From the NCBI GenBank assembly GCA_009692765.1, contig SHYQ01000002.1, forward strand, positions 12,476-76,475: a stretch of DNA of 64,000 nt, in the 5' to 3' direction. The translations under genes were made by a program, and so were the position numbers. The DNA is from Dehalococcoidia bacterium. Its GTDB lineage: Bacteria > Chloroflexota > Dehalococcoidia > UBA2979. A model generated the notes under the pieces. It worked only from the letters and a program-made list of their open reading frames with translations. It did no database searches and was not told the DNA's origin. This document shows, piece by piece, positions 47,399-55,618 of the stretch (position 1 is its first letter; every line of letters starts with the position of its first letter).

Positions 47399-48109
47399 GT
47401 GACGAATCGACGTCCGCCGGCCGGCGAGGCCGAAGCGCCGCCCCCCGCGACGGCCCCCTCCGCGACGGCCGAGCGGTACCTCGAGGCGATCTTCTACATC
47501 GAGGGGGAGGGCGAGGCGGTGCACGCCTCGCGGCTCGCGGAGTGGCTCGGCGTGTCGCAGCCCACCGTGGGCGCGATGCTGCGGCGTATGGCGGCGGACG
47601 GCCTCGTGCGCACCTCGGCGGCGAAGGTGGTGACGCTGGCGCCGCGCGGCGTGGCGCTGGCCTCGAGGATCGTGCGGCGGCATCGCATCGCGGAGCGCTG
47701 GCTGACGGACGTGGTCGGCCTCGACTGGGCGGCGGCGGACGACGAGGCGAGCCGTCTGTCGCACGCGCTCTCGGACGCCGTCGCCGACCGCCTGTTCGAG
47801 TTGATCGGCCGCCCGACCGCGTGCCCGCACGGCAACCCCATCCCCGGCGTCGACGCGCCGCGCGGCGCGGAGCGCCCGCTCTCCTCGCTAGCCGCGGGCG
47901 AGCGCTCGAAGGTGCGCCGCATCTCCGAGGTCGCCGAGCACGAGGCGCCGGAGTTGCTGCGCTTCCTGGGCGGGCAGGGCTTCCGCATCGGCGTCGACGT
48001 GGAGGCCTCCGCGATCTCGCGCGGCGCCGGCACCTTCACCGCGCGCGTCGAGGGCAAGGACGTGCCGATGTCCCTCGACGTCGCGGGGCGCGTCTGGGTC
48101 GACGCGTGA
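47399..48109 (+). CDS. DtxR/IdeR/MntR family metal-dependent transcriptional regulator with FeoA/SH3-like C-terminal domain
   Basis: ERYLEAIFYIEGEG..., SRLAEWLGVSQPTVGAMLRRMAADGLV, RRHRIAERWL, ACPHGNPIP. SD GGAGGAAG precedes GTG 47399. Confidence 0.9.
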   Translation: MTNRRPPAGEAEAPPPATAPSATAERYLEAIFYIEGEGEAVHASRLAEWLGVSQPTVGAMLRRMAADGLVRTSAAKVVTLAPRGVALASRIVRRHRIAERWLTDVVGLDWAAADDEASRLSHALSDAVADRLFELIGRPTACPHGNPIPGVDAPRGAERPLSSLAAGERSKVRRISEVAEHEAPELLRFLGGQGFRIGVDVEASAISRGAGTFTARVEGKDVPMSLDVAGRVWVDA

Positions 48110-48114
48110 GCGTG

Positions 48115-48480
48115 GTGTGCACGGGAGGGCGGACCCTCACCCCCGGCCCCTCTCCCGCGGAGCGGGAGAGGGGAGAGAAGGAGCAGATGATGCGAGGGTG
48201 CTGCGCCCCTCGCGCTCCCGGCGGAGGCGTGCGCGGCAGGCGCACGCCGGAGTGGGGGAACGGTGTGGGCGGGGGTTCAGAACAGGAGAACGTGATCTTC
48301 TCCCATCCCCCCAGCCCCCTTCCCTCGCGGGAAGGGAGAGTTCGCCTCGCGGGATCGGAGCACGCCGACTGCGCGCGTTCCGCGAGGCGCGGGGGCGGAG
48401 CCCCCACATCTCCGTTCTTCTCAGAACCCCCTTCCCGCGCAGGGAAGGGGGCAGGGGGATGGGCCGGCCCGCGCATTGCG
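48115..48480. repeat. hairpin-repeat block (A forward, B-like, D-like, C variants)
   Basis: GGACCCTCACCCCCGGCCCCTCTCCCGCGGAGCGGGAGAGGGGAG, ATGCGAGGGTGCTGCGCCCCTCGCGCTCCCGGCGGAGGCGTGCGCGGCAGGCGCACGCCGGAG, GAACCCCCTTCCCGCGCAGGGAAGGGGGCAGGGGGATGGGCCGGCCC. Confidence 0.9.
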
Positions 48481-48524
48481 ACGAGGCGCGCCCCGCGCAC
48501 TGCGACGACGTCGGCGTCACCTCG

Positions 48525-49349
48525 ATGACGGGCGCGCCGCTCCCAGCCGACCGCTACACGCACGGGCACGACGCCTCGGTTGTCGCGCGGCACGCGCGGC
48601 GCACCGCCGAGCGCGATGCGGCGCATCTGTTGCCGCACCTGCGCGCGGGCATGCGGCTGCTGGACGTCGGCTGCGGGCCGGGGACGATCACGACCGGCCT
48701 CGCGCGCGCCGTCGCGCCCGGCGAGGTCGCCGGCATCGACGTCTCGGCCGCGGTGCTCGAGCAGGCGCGCGCGCACGCGATCCTCGAGGGGGTCACCAAC
48801 GTGCGCTTCGAGACGGGCAGCGCGTACGCGCTCGCGTTCGCGGATGGCGCGTTCGACGTCGCGCACGCGAACCAGGTGTTGCAGCACCTCGCGCGCCCCG
48901 TGGATGCGCTGCGCGAGGTGCGCCGCGTCGTGCGGCCGGGCGGCCTCGTCTCGGTGCGCGACGCCGACTACGCGACGATGGTCGCGTGGCCACGCTCGCC
49001 GCTGATCGACCGCTGGCTCGAGGTCTACCACGCGGTCTCCGCGCGCAACGGCGCCGACGCCGATGCGGGACGCCGCCTGCGCGCGTGGATGCTCGAGGCC
49101 GGCTACGTCGACGTCGAGGTCACCGCGACGGTGGAACTGTTCGATGACCCGGCGGCCGCCGCCGACTGGGGCCGCTCGTGGTACGAGCGCGCGTTGCACT
49201 CGAACTACCGCGCGCAGGCCGTCGAGTACGACATCGCCACGGACGCCGAGGTGGTGGCGATCGCCGAGGGCTGGCGCGCGTGGGCGGAGCGCCCGGACGC
49301 GTTCTTCATGTTCGCGCAGGTGTGCTGCCTCGGACGCGTGCCGGCGTAG
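48525..49349 (+). CDS. class I SAM-dependent methyltransferase (Methyltransf_11/UbiE-like)
   Basis: LLDVGCGPGTITTGLA (motif I), FDVAHANQVLQHL, VVRPGGLVSV. Confidence 0.85.
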   Translation: MTGAPLPADRYTHGHDASVVARHARRTAERDAAHLLPHLRAGMRLLDVGCGPGTITTGLARAVAPGEVAGIDVSAAVLEQARAHAILEGVTNVRFETGSAYALAFADGAFDVAHANQVLQHLARPVDALREVRRVVRPGGLVSVRDADYATMVAWPRSPLIDRWLEVYHAVSARNGADADAGRRLRAWMLEAGYVDVEVTATVELFDDPAAAADWGRSWYERALHSNYRAQAVEYDIATDAEVVAIAEGWRAWAERPDAFFMFAQVCCLGRVPA

Positions 49350-49413
49350 CGGTGGGGCGCGCCGCGCGGCGTATCATCGCCCGCAACGTGACCGGTGACC
49401 GAGGGAGCGCGCG

Positions 49414-50175
49414 ATGCAATGGACGAGTGACACGCCGATCGAGGGTGGCCTGCGCGAGCGGCGCTTCGATGCCGACCACGGCGCGGGGTCGGTGACGGGC
49501 GTGCTCTGGACGCGCGCGGGCGCGACCGGGCGCACGCCCCTCGTGCTCGTCGGGCACGGCGGCGGCAGCAACAAGCTCGGCCCGAACGTGATCGAGGCAC
49601 GCGACGCGTACGCGGCGCACGGCGTCGCGGTGGCCGCGATCGACGGGCCGCTGCACGGCGACCGCGGCCCCGTGACCGACTCGACTCAGCCTGAGTACGC
49701 CGCGATGTGGAAGCGGCCTTCTTTCGGCGACGGGGCGATCGTCGACGGGATGGTCGCCGACTGGCGCGCGAGCCTCGACGGGCTGCTCGCGACGGGCGAG
49801 TTCCTCGACGGCGCGGTCGGCTACCACGGCCTCTCGATGGGCACGATGTTCGGGCTGCCGTTCGTGGTCGCGGAGCCGCGCGTGGTCGCCGCGTCGCTCG
49901 GCCTGTGCGGCACCGGCGGATCCTCGATCGATCGCAGCGGCATCGGGCCGCGGCTGACGGCGGACGCCGCGAAGCTGCGCGTGCCGGTGCTCTTCCACTT
50001 CCAGTGGGACGACGAGCGCTTCTCGCGGGCCGGGTCGCTGGAGATGTTCGACCGCTTCCCGACCAACGATAAGCGCCTCCAGTCCACGCCCGGGATGCAC
50101 GCCGATACCTCCCCCGAGGCGAAAGCGGCGCTCGTGCGCTTCCTCGCGGAGCGGCTCGCGCTCGTCCACGCGTAG
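49414..50175 (+). CDS. alpha/beta hydrolase (dienelactone-hydrolase-like)
   Basis: LVLVGHGGGSNK, nucleophile elbow GLSMG, C-terminal PGMHAD. SD GAGGGAG precedes the start, with TATCAT upstream. Confidence 0.75.
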   Translation: MQWTSDTPIEGGLRERRFDADHGAGSVTGVLWTRAGATGRTPLVLVGHGGGSNKLGPNVIEARDAYAAHGVAVAAIDGPLHGDRGPVTDSTQPEYAAMWKRPSFGDGAIVDGMVADWRASLDGLLATGEFLDGAVGYHGLSMGTMFGLPFVVAEPRVVAASLGLCGTGGSSIDRSGIGPRLTADAAKLRVPVLFHFQWDDERFSRAGSLEMFDRFPTNDKRLQSTPGMHADTSPEAKAALVRFLAERLALVHA

Positions 50176-50184
50176 ACCTCGAGG

Positions 50185-50340
50185 GGCGTGACCGCGCGTC
50201 GTCGAGGACGGCGACGGCGGCCCATCCCCCTGCCCCCTTCCCGGCGCGGGAAGGGGGTTCGGAAAAGAACAGAGATGTGGGGGCTGCGCCCCCACGCCCC
50301 GCGGAACGCGCGGGGTGCGTGACGTCGAGGACGGCGACGC
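50185..50340. repeat. single ~107-bp repeat element (C + B variant) flanked by a 16-bp perfect direct repeat
   Basis: GTCGAGGACGGCGACG at 50201-50216 and 50324-50339. Between them lie GGCGGCCCATCCCCCTGCCCCCTTCCCGGCGCGGGAAGGGGGTTC and GATGTGGGGGCTGCGCCCCCAC. Confidence 0.85.
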
Positions 50341-50447
50341 CACGCACCGCGCGCGTCGCCCGGCCGCGCACCGCAGGCTCCTGCGCCGGTGCTGCGGTAC
50401 GCTCGCTGCCCGCGTCATGGCGCGTAGGGCCGAGGGGGCGCGAGCGC

Positions 50448-51404
50448 ATGACGAGCAACCAGCGAGTGACGATCGGCACGGTGATCGGCACCGCGCTGCT
50501 CGCGGTGGTCGGCGTGTGGTCGATCGCGTGGGTGGGAGCGGACGCGGCGCTGAAGCCCGATCCGCGACAGGACTCCCCGTTCCTCGCCGCGTACTCCTTC
50601 ACCGCGGAGGACGTCGCGTTCCCCGCGCGCGATGGCGCGCCGCTCGCGGGGTGGTTCGTGGCGGCGGCGCCGCCCCGCGGCGAAGCGCCGCTGCTCCGCC
50701 CCTCGCCGGTGATCATCCTCGTGCATGGCTACGGCGGGACGCGCGACACGATGCTCCCCGCGGCGGACATGCTGACGCGCGCGGGGATGCACGTGCTCAT
50801 CTTCGACCAGCGCGGCACAGGGCACTCGGGCGGCACGAACGTCACCTTCGGCGCGCGCGAGCCGCTCGATGTGATCGGCGCGCTCGACTACCTCGTCGGG
50901 CGGCCGGACGTCGACGCCGGGCGCGTCGGCGTGATGGGCGCCGGCATGGGCGGGTCGGTGGCGATCATCGCGGCCGCCGAGGACCCGCGCATCCGCGCCG
51001 TCGTGGCCGAGGCGCCGTACGCGTCGCTCGACGCGTCCCTTCAGGACGTGCTCGCCGACGGTGTGGGGCTGCCATCACTGCTGCGGCCGCTCGCGACGCG
51101 CATCCTGCGGTCGCGCATCGGCGATCCGCCGGAGGATCGCGCGCCGCTCGACGCTGCGGCACGCCTCGGCGACCGCCCGGTGATGCTGATCGCGGACACG
51201 CAGGCATCCACAGCGGGCACGGAGGCGATCCTCGCGGCCGTGGTGGGGCCGAAGGAGCTGTGGGTGGCCGTCGGCCGGACGCTGGGGTCGGAGACGAAGC
51301 AGGAGTACCCGCCCGAGTACACCTCCCGCGTCCTGGGCTTTTGGCGTGGCGTCTTCGAGCGTTCCGCCGCAACCTCGACCGCCCCGGCCGGCACCCCCCG
51401 GTAG
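50448..51404 (+). CDS. membrane-anchored alpha/beta hydrolase
   Basis: N-terminal TM (VTIGTVIGTALLAVVGVWSIAWV), ILVHGYGGTRD, nucleophile elbow GAGMGG. Confidence 0.8.
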   Translation: MTSNQRVTIGTVIGTALLAVVGVWSIAWVGADAALKPDPRQDSPFLAAYSFTAEDVAFPARDGAPLAGWFVAAAPPRGEAPLLRPSPVIILVHGYGGTRDTMLPAADMLTRAGMHVLIFDQRGTGHSGGTNVTFGAREPLDVIGALDYLVGRPDVDAGRVGVMGAGMGGSVAIIAAAEDPRIRAVVAEAPYASLDASLQDVLADGVGLPSLLRPLATRILRSRIGDPPEDRAPLDAAARLGDRPVMLIADTQASTAGTEAILAAVVGPKELWVAVGRTLGSETKQEYPPEYTSRVLGFWRGVFERSAATSTAPAGTPR

Positions 51405-51409
51405 GTCCC

Positions 51410-51560
51410 GATAGGACGGCGACTGCGGCCCCTCCCCCTGCCCCCTTCGCGGCGCGGGAAGGGGGTTCAGAACCAGAGGGTGACGCGAGGGGGCTGCACC
51501 CCTCGCGCGCCCGGCGGAGGCGTGCGCGGCGGGCGCACGCCGGAGCGCACCGGCACGCAG
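51410..51560. repeat. hairpin-repeat block (C forward, B/D-like forward)
   Basis: GCGGCCCCTCCCCCTGCCCCCTTCGCGGCGCGGGAAGGGGGTTC, GACGCGAGGGGGCTGCACCCCTCGCGCGCCCGGCGGAGGCGTGCGCGGCGGGCGCACGCCGGAG. Confidence 0.85.
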
Positions 51561-51564
51561 ACGC

Positions 51565-51606
51565 GGAGAGACCCCCGCGAGCCGTGAGGCTCGCGGGGGT
51601 CTCTCC
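51565..51606. terminator. perfect 19-bp-stem hairpin between convergent genes (terminator-like, no U tract)
   Basis: GGAGAGACCCCCGCGAGCC-GTGA-GGCTCGCGGGGGTCTCTCC. It lies 16 nt downstream of the minus-strand stop at 51623. Confidence 0.5.
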
Positions 51607-51622
51607 CGAACGCCAGGCGGGG

Positions 51623-52742
51623 CTAGCCGGCGTTCTGCTGTGGGGCGCCGAAGCCGCGCGCGGGCTTCTGGCTGTTGCCCGGGCCCTGCGACTCACGGCG
51701 GTCTTCGCGCCTGTCGTCACGGCGGTCTTCACGCTTGTCGTCACGGCGGTCTTCACGCTTGTCGTCACGGCGGTCTTCACGCTTGTCGTCACGGCGGTCT
51801 TCACGCTTGTCGTCGCGGCGGTCTTCGCGCCTGTCTTCGCGCCGGTTGTCGCGGCGGTCGTCACGCTTCGTGAAGTCCGCCGCGTCGAAGCGGTCCAGCA
51901 TGGCGTCGGCCTCGGCGCGCGTGAGCTTGCCGCTCTCGACCGCGCCCTTGAGGCGCTCGACCAGGTGGGCGCGCCTCGGTCTTCGCGTGCTCCGGGTCGA
52001 TGCGGTCGGGGCGCTCGCTGCTGTCGAGGCGCGCGAGCAACGCGTCGGCCTCGTCTTGCGTGATCTTGCCGCTCTCCACCGCCGCCTCGAGCCGCTCGAC
52101 GAGGTGCACGCGCGCCTCGGTCCTCATCTGCGCCCGGTCGGGCTGGCCCGCCTTGAGCGCCTCCTGCAACTTCGCGACGGTGACGCCCAGCTTCTCGGCC
52201 ACGGCGGTGAGCACCTTCAGCTCGAACGCGGCGCGCGCGGCCGGGTCGCGCATGGTCGCGGGGTCGGGCTTGCCGGCTGCCTCGCGGGCCGCCTGCATCG
52301 CGGCCTTGAGCGCCTCGGGCGTGACGCCGAGGACGTTCGCGACCGCCTCGAGGTGCCTGCCGCCGAAGTCGTGCAGACCGGGGACGCCAGGGCCGCGGCC
52401 GCGGCGGCCGTCGTCGCCGCGCTGCGGTCTGGCCGCGTCGAGGGCGGCCTGCACCTTCGCGACGTCGAGCTTGAGCGTGGCCGCGAGCGTCGCGAGGCGC
52501 TGCTTCTGGCCGGCCTCGTTCGCCGTCTCCATCGCCGCCGCGAGCGCCTCGGGAGTGACGCCGAGTGCCTTCGCGAGCGCCTCGAGGTGGTTGGTGCGTG
52601 GGGCGATCTGCGCCGCCGCCGCCGTGCCGGGGTGGCTCGATGCGCCGTCGTGGGCCATGACGGCCGTCGGCGTGACCGCGAGGCCGATCATCGCCGCCGC
52701 GGCGAGCCCGGCCCGGAGTGCGCGCTGCTGGGTTCCGAACAT
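51623..52742 (-). pseudogene. secreted helical-repeat protein with Arg/Asp/Glu-rich octapeptide-repeat tail, split by a frameshift near 51969
   Basis: Signal peptide ([17 protein letters not shown]). Repeats L(E/T)A(L/V)AxxLGVTPEAL and TEARVHLVERLEAAVESGKITQDEADALLARLD. The second copy, TEAR|HLVERLKGAVESGKLTRAEADAMLDRFD, continues only in the frame of the 92-aa ORF (51623-51901). Confidence 0.75.
51689..51868. repeat. 24-bp coding tandem repeat (GTCGTCACGGCGGTCTTCACGCTT), 4 perfect + at least 3 degenerate units
   Basis: Perfect units at 51713, 51737, 51761 and 51785. They encode KREDRRDD on the minus strand. Confidence 0.9.
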
Positions 52743-52916
52743 CTGCAGTCTCCTTCACCCTGGGTGGGGGTGGTTGTTGCGTTCGGTACTTCTAACGACG
52801 GGCCGCGCCCGGCGTTTGGGTCGGGTGGCTGCATGTGCCTCGATGTGGGGACACCGATCGTGATGGCTGCCGCCGGGCCCCATCTGCGATGATTCTCTCG
52901 CTGCGAGGATCCCCAC

Positions 52917-53495
52917 ATGGACGGCCTGCTGACCGGACGCCTGCTCGTCGCGACGCCGCTCCTGGAGGAGCCGAACTTCCGGCGGGCGGTGGTCTTCGTG
53001 TGTGCGCACAACCAGGACGGCGCGTTCGGTGTGGTGCTCAACCGGCCGCTTGAGGAACCGGTGGCCGCGCAGTTGCCGCAGTGGGACGGCCGCGCGGCGG
53101 CCCCGCGCGTCCTCTTCTCCGGCGGCCCGGTTGACCCCGAGCGTGTGACCGCCCTCGCGCGCGACCGCAGTCGCGCCAGCGCGCGGGCCGGCGCGTGGGA
53201 CGGCGCGCCCGGCTGGACACCCGTGGGCCCCGAGGTCGGCCTGCTGGACCTCACGATCGAGCCCGCGGGGTTGGCGCCCACCATCGAAGCGGTGCGGTTG
53301 TTCGCCGGCTACGCCGGGTGGGGCGGCGGGCAACTGGAGCAGGAGATCGGGCAGGATTCCTGGTTCGTGGTGGACGCCGCCGCCGGCGATCCGTTCACCC
53401 TCGCGCCGCGGGACCTCTGGCGCGTCGTGCTGCGCCGCCAGCCGAGCCCGCTCGCGATCTACTCGACGTTCCCCGCCGACACCGCGCTGAATTGA
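52917..53495 (+). CDS. YqgE/AlgH family (UPF0301) protein
   Basis: GRLLVATPLLEEPNFRRAVVFVCAHNQDGAFGVVLNRP..., LFAGYAGWGGGQLEQEI. Confidence 0.9.
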   Translation: MDGLLTGRLLVATPLLEEPNFRRAVVFVCAHNQDGAFGVVLNRPLEEPVAAQLPQWDGRAAAPRVLFSGGPVDPERVTALARDRSRASARAGAWDGAPGWTPVGPEVGLLDLTIEPAGLAPTIEAVRLFAGYAGWGGGQLEQEIGQDSWFVVDAAAGDPFTLAPRDLWRVVLRRQPSPLAIYSTFPADTALN

Positions 53496-53579
53496 ACGGC
53501 GGTCGGCTGAGGGTCGCCCCACTCGGGGGCTCCCTATTGATCGGGGCATGCCCGTCGACGATCGCCCTGTCGGGGTGGC

Positions 53580-53601
53580 GTTAACCTCGCGTTTACTCGC
53601 G
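53580..53601 (+). promoter_or_regulatory. candidate PHO box (two 11-nt direct repeat units)
   Basis: GTTAACCTCGC GTTTACTCGCG resembles the actinobacterial PhoP direct-repeat unit GTTCACC-N4 with 11-nt periodicity. It lies 20-40 nt upstream of the pstC start candidates. Confidence 0.3.
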
Positions 53602-53621
53602 GCCCCGATCCTGACGTTGGG

Positions 53622-54638
53622 ATGCACCCAACCCCAACCATGGCGCGGAAGGGAACCCCCGTGGGGGTCGAGGCTCAGCGCGCGCGGATCGAGCGGACCC
53701 CGCTGACGGGCGGGGCGAACCTCGGCAACCTCGTGTTCGCGGGGTTGATGAGCGTGGCTGCGGCCGTGGTGGGGCTGCTGATCTTCGGGCTGTTCTGGGA
53801 ACTCACCTCACGCTCGCTCCCCTCGATCCAGGCCAGCGGCTTCGGGTTCCTCTGGGGGACGACGTGGGACCCGCCGAAGGGGATTTTCGGCGCGGGGACG
53901 TTCATCGTCGGCACGCTGATCACCGCCGTCGCCGCGCTCGTCGCGGCCTCGGTCGTCGGGGTGCTCGTCGCGCTGTTCCTCGTCGAGGTCGCCCCACCGG
54001 CGATCGCGCGGCCGATCTCCTACGTGGTGGAGCTGCTCGCGGCGATCCCGAGCGTGGTGTACGGCCTCTGGGGCGTGTACGTCCTCGGCGTCTTCATCCG
54101 CGATCACCTGGGCCCGTGGATCGACGGCAGCCTCGGCGCGTTCATCCCGTTCTTCGATGGCGAGCCGCGCATCACGGGCATCTTCTCGGCGTGCATCGTG
54201 CTGTCGATCATGATCCTCCCCACCGTCATGGCGGTGTCGCGCGACGTGATCGCGGCGGTGCCGGGGAGCCAGCGCGAGGGCGTGCTGGCGCTGGGCGCGA
54301 CGCGCTGGGAGATGATCCGCACGTCCGTCCTGCCGTACGCGCGCTCCGGCGTGATGGGCGCGGCGATCCTCGGGCTGGCGCGCGCCGTGGGCGAGACGCT
54401 GGCCGTCACGCTCGTAATCGGCAACCGTGTCGGCATCCCGCACACGATCTTCGACCCCGCCTACACGATGGCGAGCGTCATCGCGAACCAGTTCACCGAG
54501 GTCGAGAACGAGATGCACCGCTCCGCCCTCCTGGAGGTCGCGCTGGTGCTGCTGGTGATGACGTTCCTGATCAACGTGGTCGCGCGGCTGCTGGTCTGGC
54601 GCGTGACGAATGGCCAGCGAGTGACGGTGCAGGAATGA
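53622..54638 (+). CDS. pstC: phosphate ABC transporter permease PstC
   Basis: FGFLWGTTWDP...FGAGTFIVGTL..., EAA-loop region SQREGVLALGATRWEMIRTSVLPYARSG. Alternative start ATG 53640. Confidence 0.9.
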   Translation: MHPTPTMARKGTPVGVEAQRARIERTPLTGGANLGNLVFAGLMSVAAAVVGLLIFGLFWELTSRSLPSIQASGFGFLWGTTWDPPKGIFGAGTFIVGTLITAVAALVAASVVGVLVALFLVEVAPPAIARPISYVVELLAAIPSVVYGLWGVYVLGVFIRDHLGPWIDGSLGAFIPFFDGEPRITGIFSACIVLSIMILPTVMAVSRDVIAAVPGSQREGVLALGATRWEMIRTSVLPYARSGVMGAAILGLARAVGETLAVTLVIGNRVGIPHTIFDPAYTMASVIANQFTEVENEMHRSALLEVALVLLVMTFLINVVARLLVWRVTNGQRVTVQE

Positions 54639-55540
54639 CCGCTCCCATGACGCCAGACAACGCGGCCGCCTCGGTGGACCGCTTCACCGCCGCCGACCCG
54701 CTCTACCGGCGGCGGAAGGCGATCGACCGCGCGATGACGGCGGTGATGTTCGCGGCCGCCGGCGCGACGGTGGTGCCGCTGGCGCTGATCCTGTTTTATC
54801 TGTTCAGGAACGGGCTGGGGGCGATCAACCTCGACCTGTTCCTGCTCGACCCGTCGGCGCCCGGACGGGGCGGCGGCGGTGTGCGCAGCGCGCTCGTGGG
54901 CAGCGCGATCATGGTGGGGCTGGGCACCGCGATCGGCACGCCGGTCGCCATCGGCTGCGGCGTCTTCCTCGCCGAGTTCGGGCGCAACCGCGCCGGCACA
55001 GTGCTGCGCTTCCTTGTCGACGTGCTGGCGGGCATCCCGTCGATCACCGTCGGGCTCTTCGTGTACGGGCTGATCGTGCTGCCGGCGCGCCAGTTCACCG
55101 CGTTCGCCGGCGCGGTCGCGCTCGCGATCATCCTCATCCCGATCCTCGCGCGGATCACGGAGGAGATGATGCTGCTGGTCCCGCGCTCGCTGCGCGAGGC
55201 CGCCTACGCCCTGGGCGCGCCGCACTGGATGACGGTCCTGCGCATCGTCCTGCCGACGGCGATGCCGGGGATCATGACGGGGCTGATGCTGGCGCTCGCG
55301 CGTATCGCGGGCGAGGCCGCTCCCCTGATGTTCACCGCGCTGGGGAACCAGTTCCTGAGCACGGACCTCTTCCACGCGATGGACGCGCTGCCGCTCCGCA
55401 TCTTCTACTTCGCCACCGGGCCGTACGAGAACTGGCATCAGCAGGCGTGGGCGATGAGCCTCGTGCTGGTGCTGTTCATCCTCGGCGTGAGCCTGCTGGC
55501 GCGCACCATCGTCGGCTCGAAGGTCACCGTCCGCCAGTAG
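54635..55540 (+). CDS. pstA: phosphate ABC transporter permease PstA
   Basis: GGGVRSALVGSAIMVGL..., SLREAAYALGAPHWMTVLRIVLPTAMPG, FTALGNQF. The ATG overlaps the pstC stop (ATGA at 54635-54638). Confidence 0.9.
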   Translation: MTAPMTPDNAAASVDRFTAADPLYRRRKAIDRAMTAVMFAAAGATVVPLALILFYLFRNGLGAINLDLFLLDPSAPGRGGGGVRSALVGSAIMVGLGTAIGTPVAIGCGVFLAEFGRNRAGTVLRFLVDVLAGIPSITVGLFVYGLIVLPARQFTAFAGAVALAIILIPILARITEEMMLLVPRSLREAAYALGAPHWMTVLRIVLPTAMPGIMTGLMLALARIAGEAAPLMFTALGNQFLSTDLFHAMDALPLRIFYFATGPYENWHQQAWAMSLVLVLFILGVSLLARTIVGSKVTVRQ

Positions 55541-55618
55541 TCAGCCCCGGAGTCAGCATGGACGGCCGTATGGCCGTCCGAGGAGCATCGGCATGATAAT
55601 GAGCAGGCCACCATCGAG

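Noticed and set aside
49205-52758. 503-aa and 597-aa minus-strand ORFs (49205-50716, 50965-52758) and the 582-aa plus ORF (50315-52063)
   Set aside because: They are Arg/Pro/Ala-rich shadows antisense or off-frame to the two alpha/beta hydrolase genes and the secreted repeat protein, each of which has clear motifs.
53864-54634. N-terminal 257 codons of the 558-aa ORF overlapping pstC
   Set aside because: This is an alternative frame of pstC with shadow composition. PstA starts at ATG 54635, coupled to the pstC stop.
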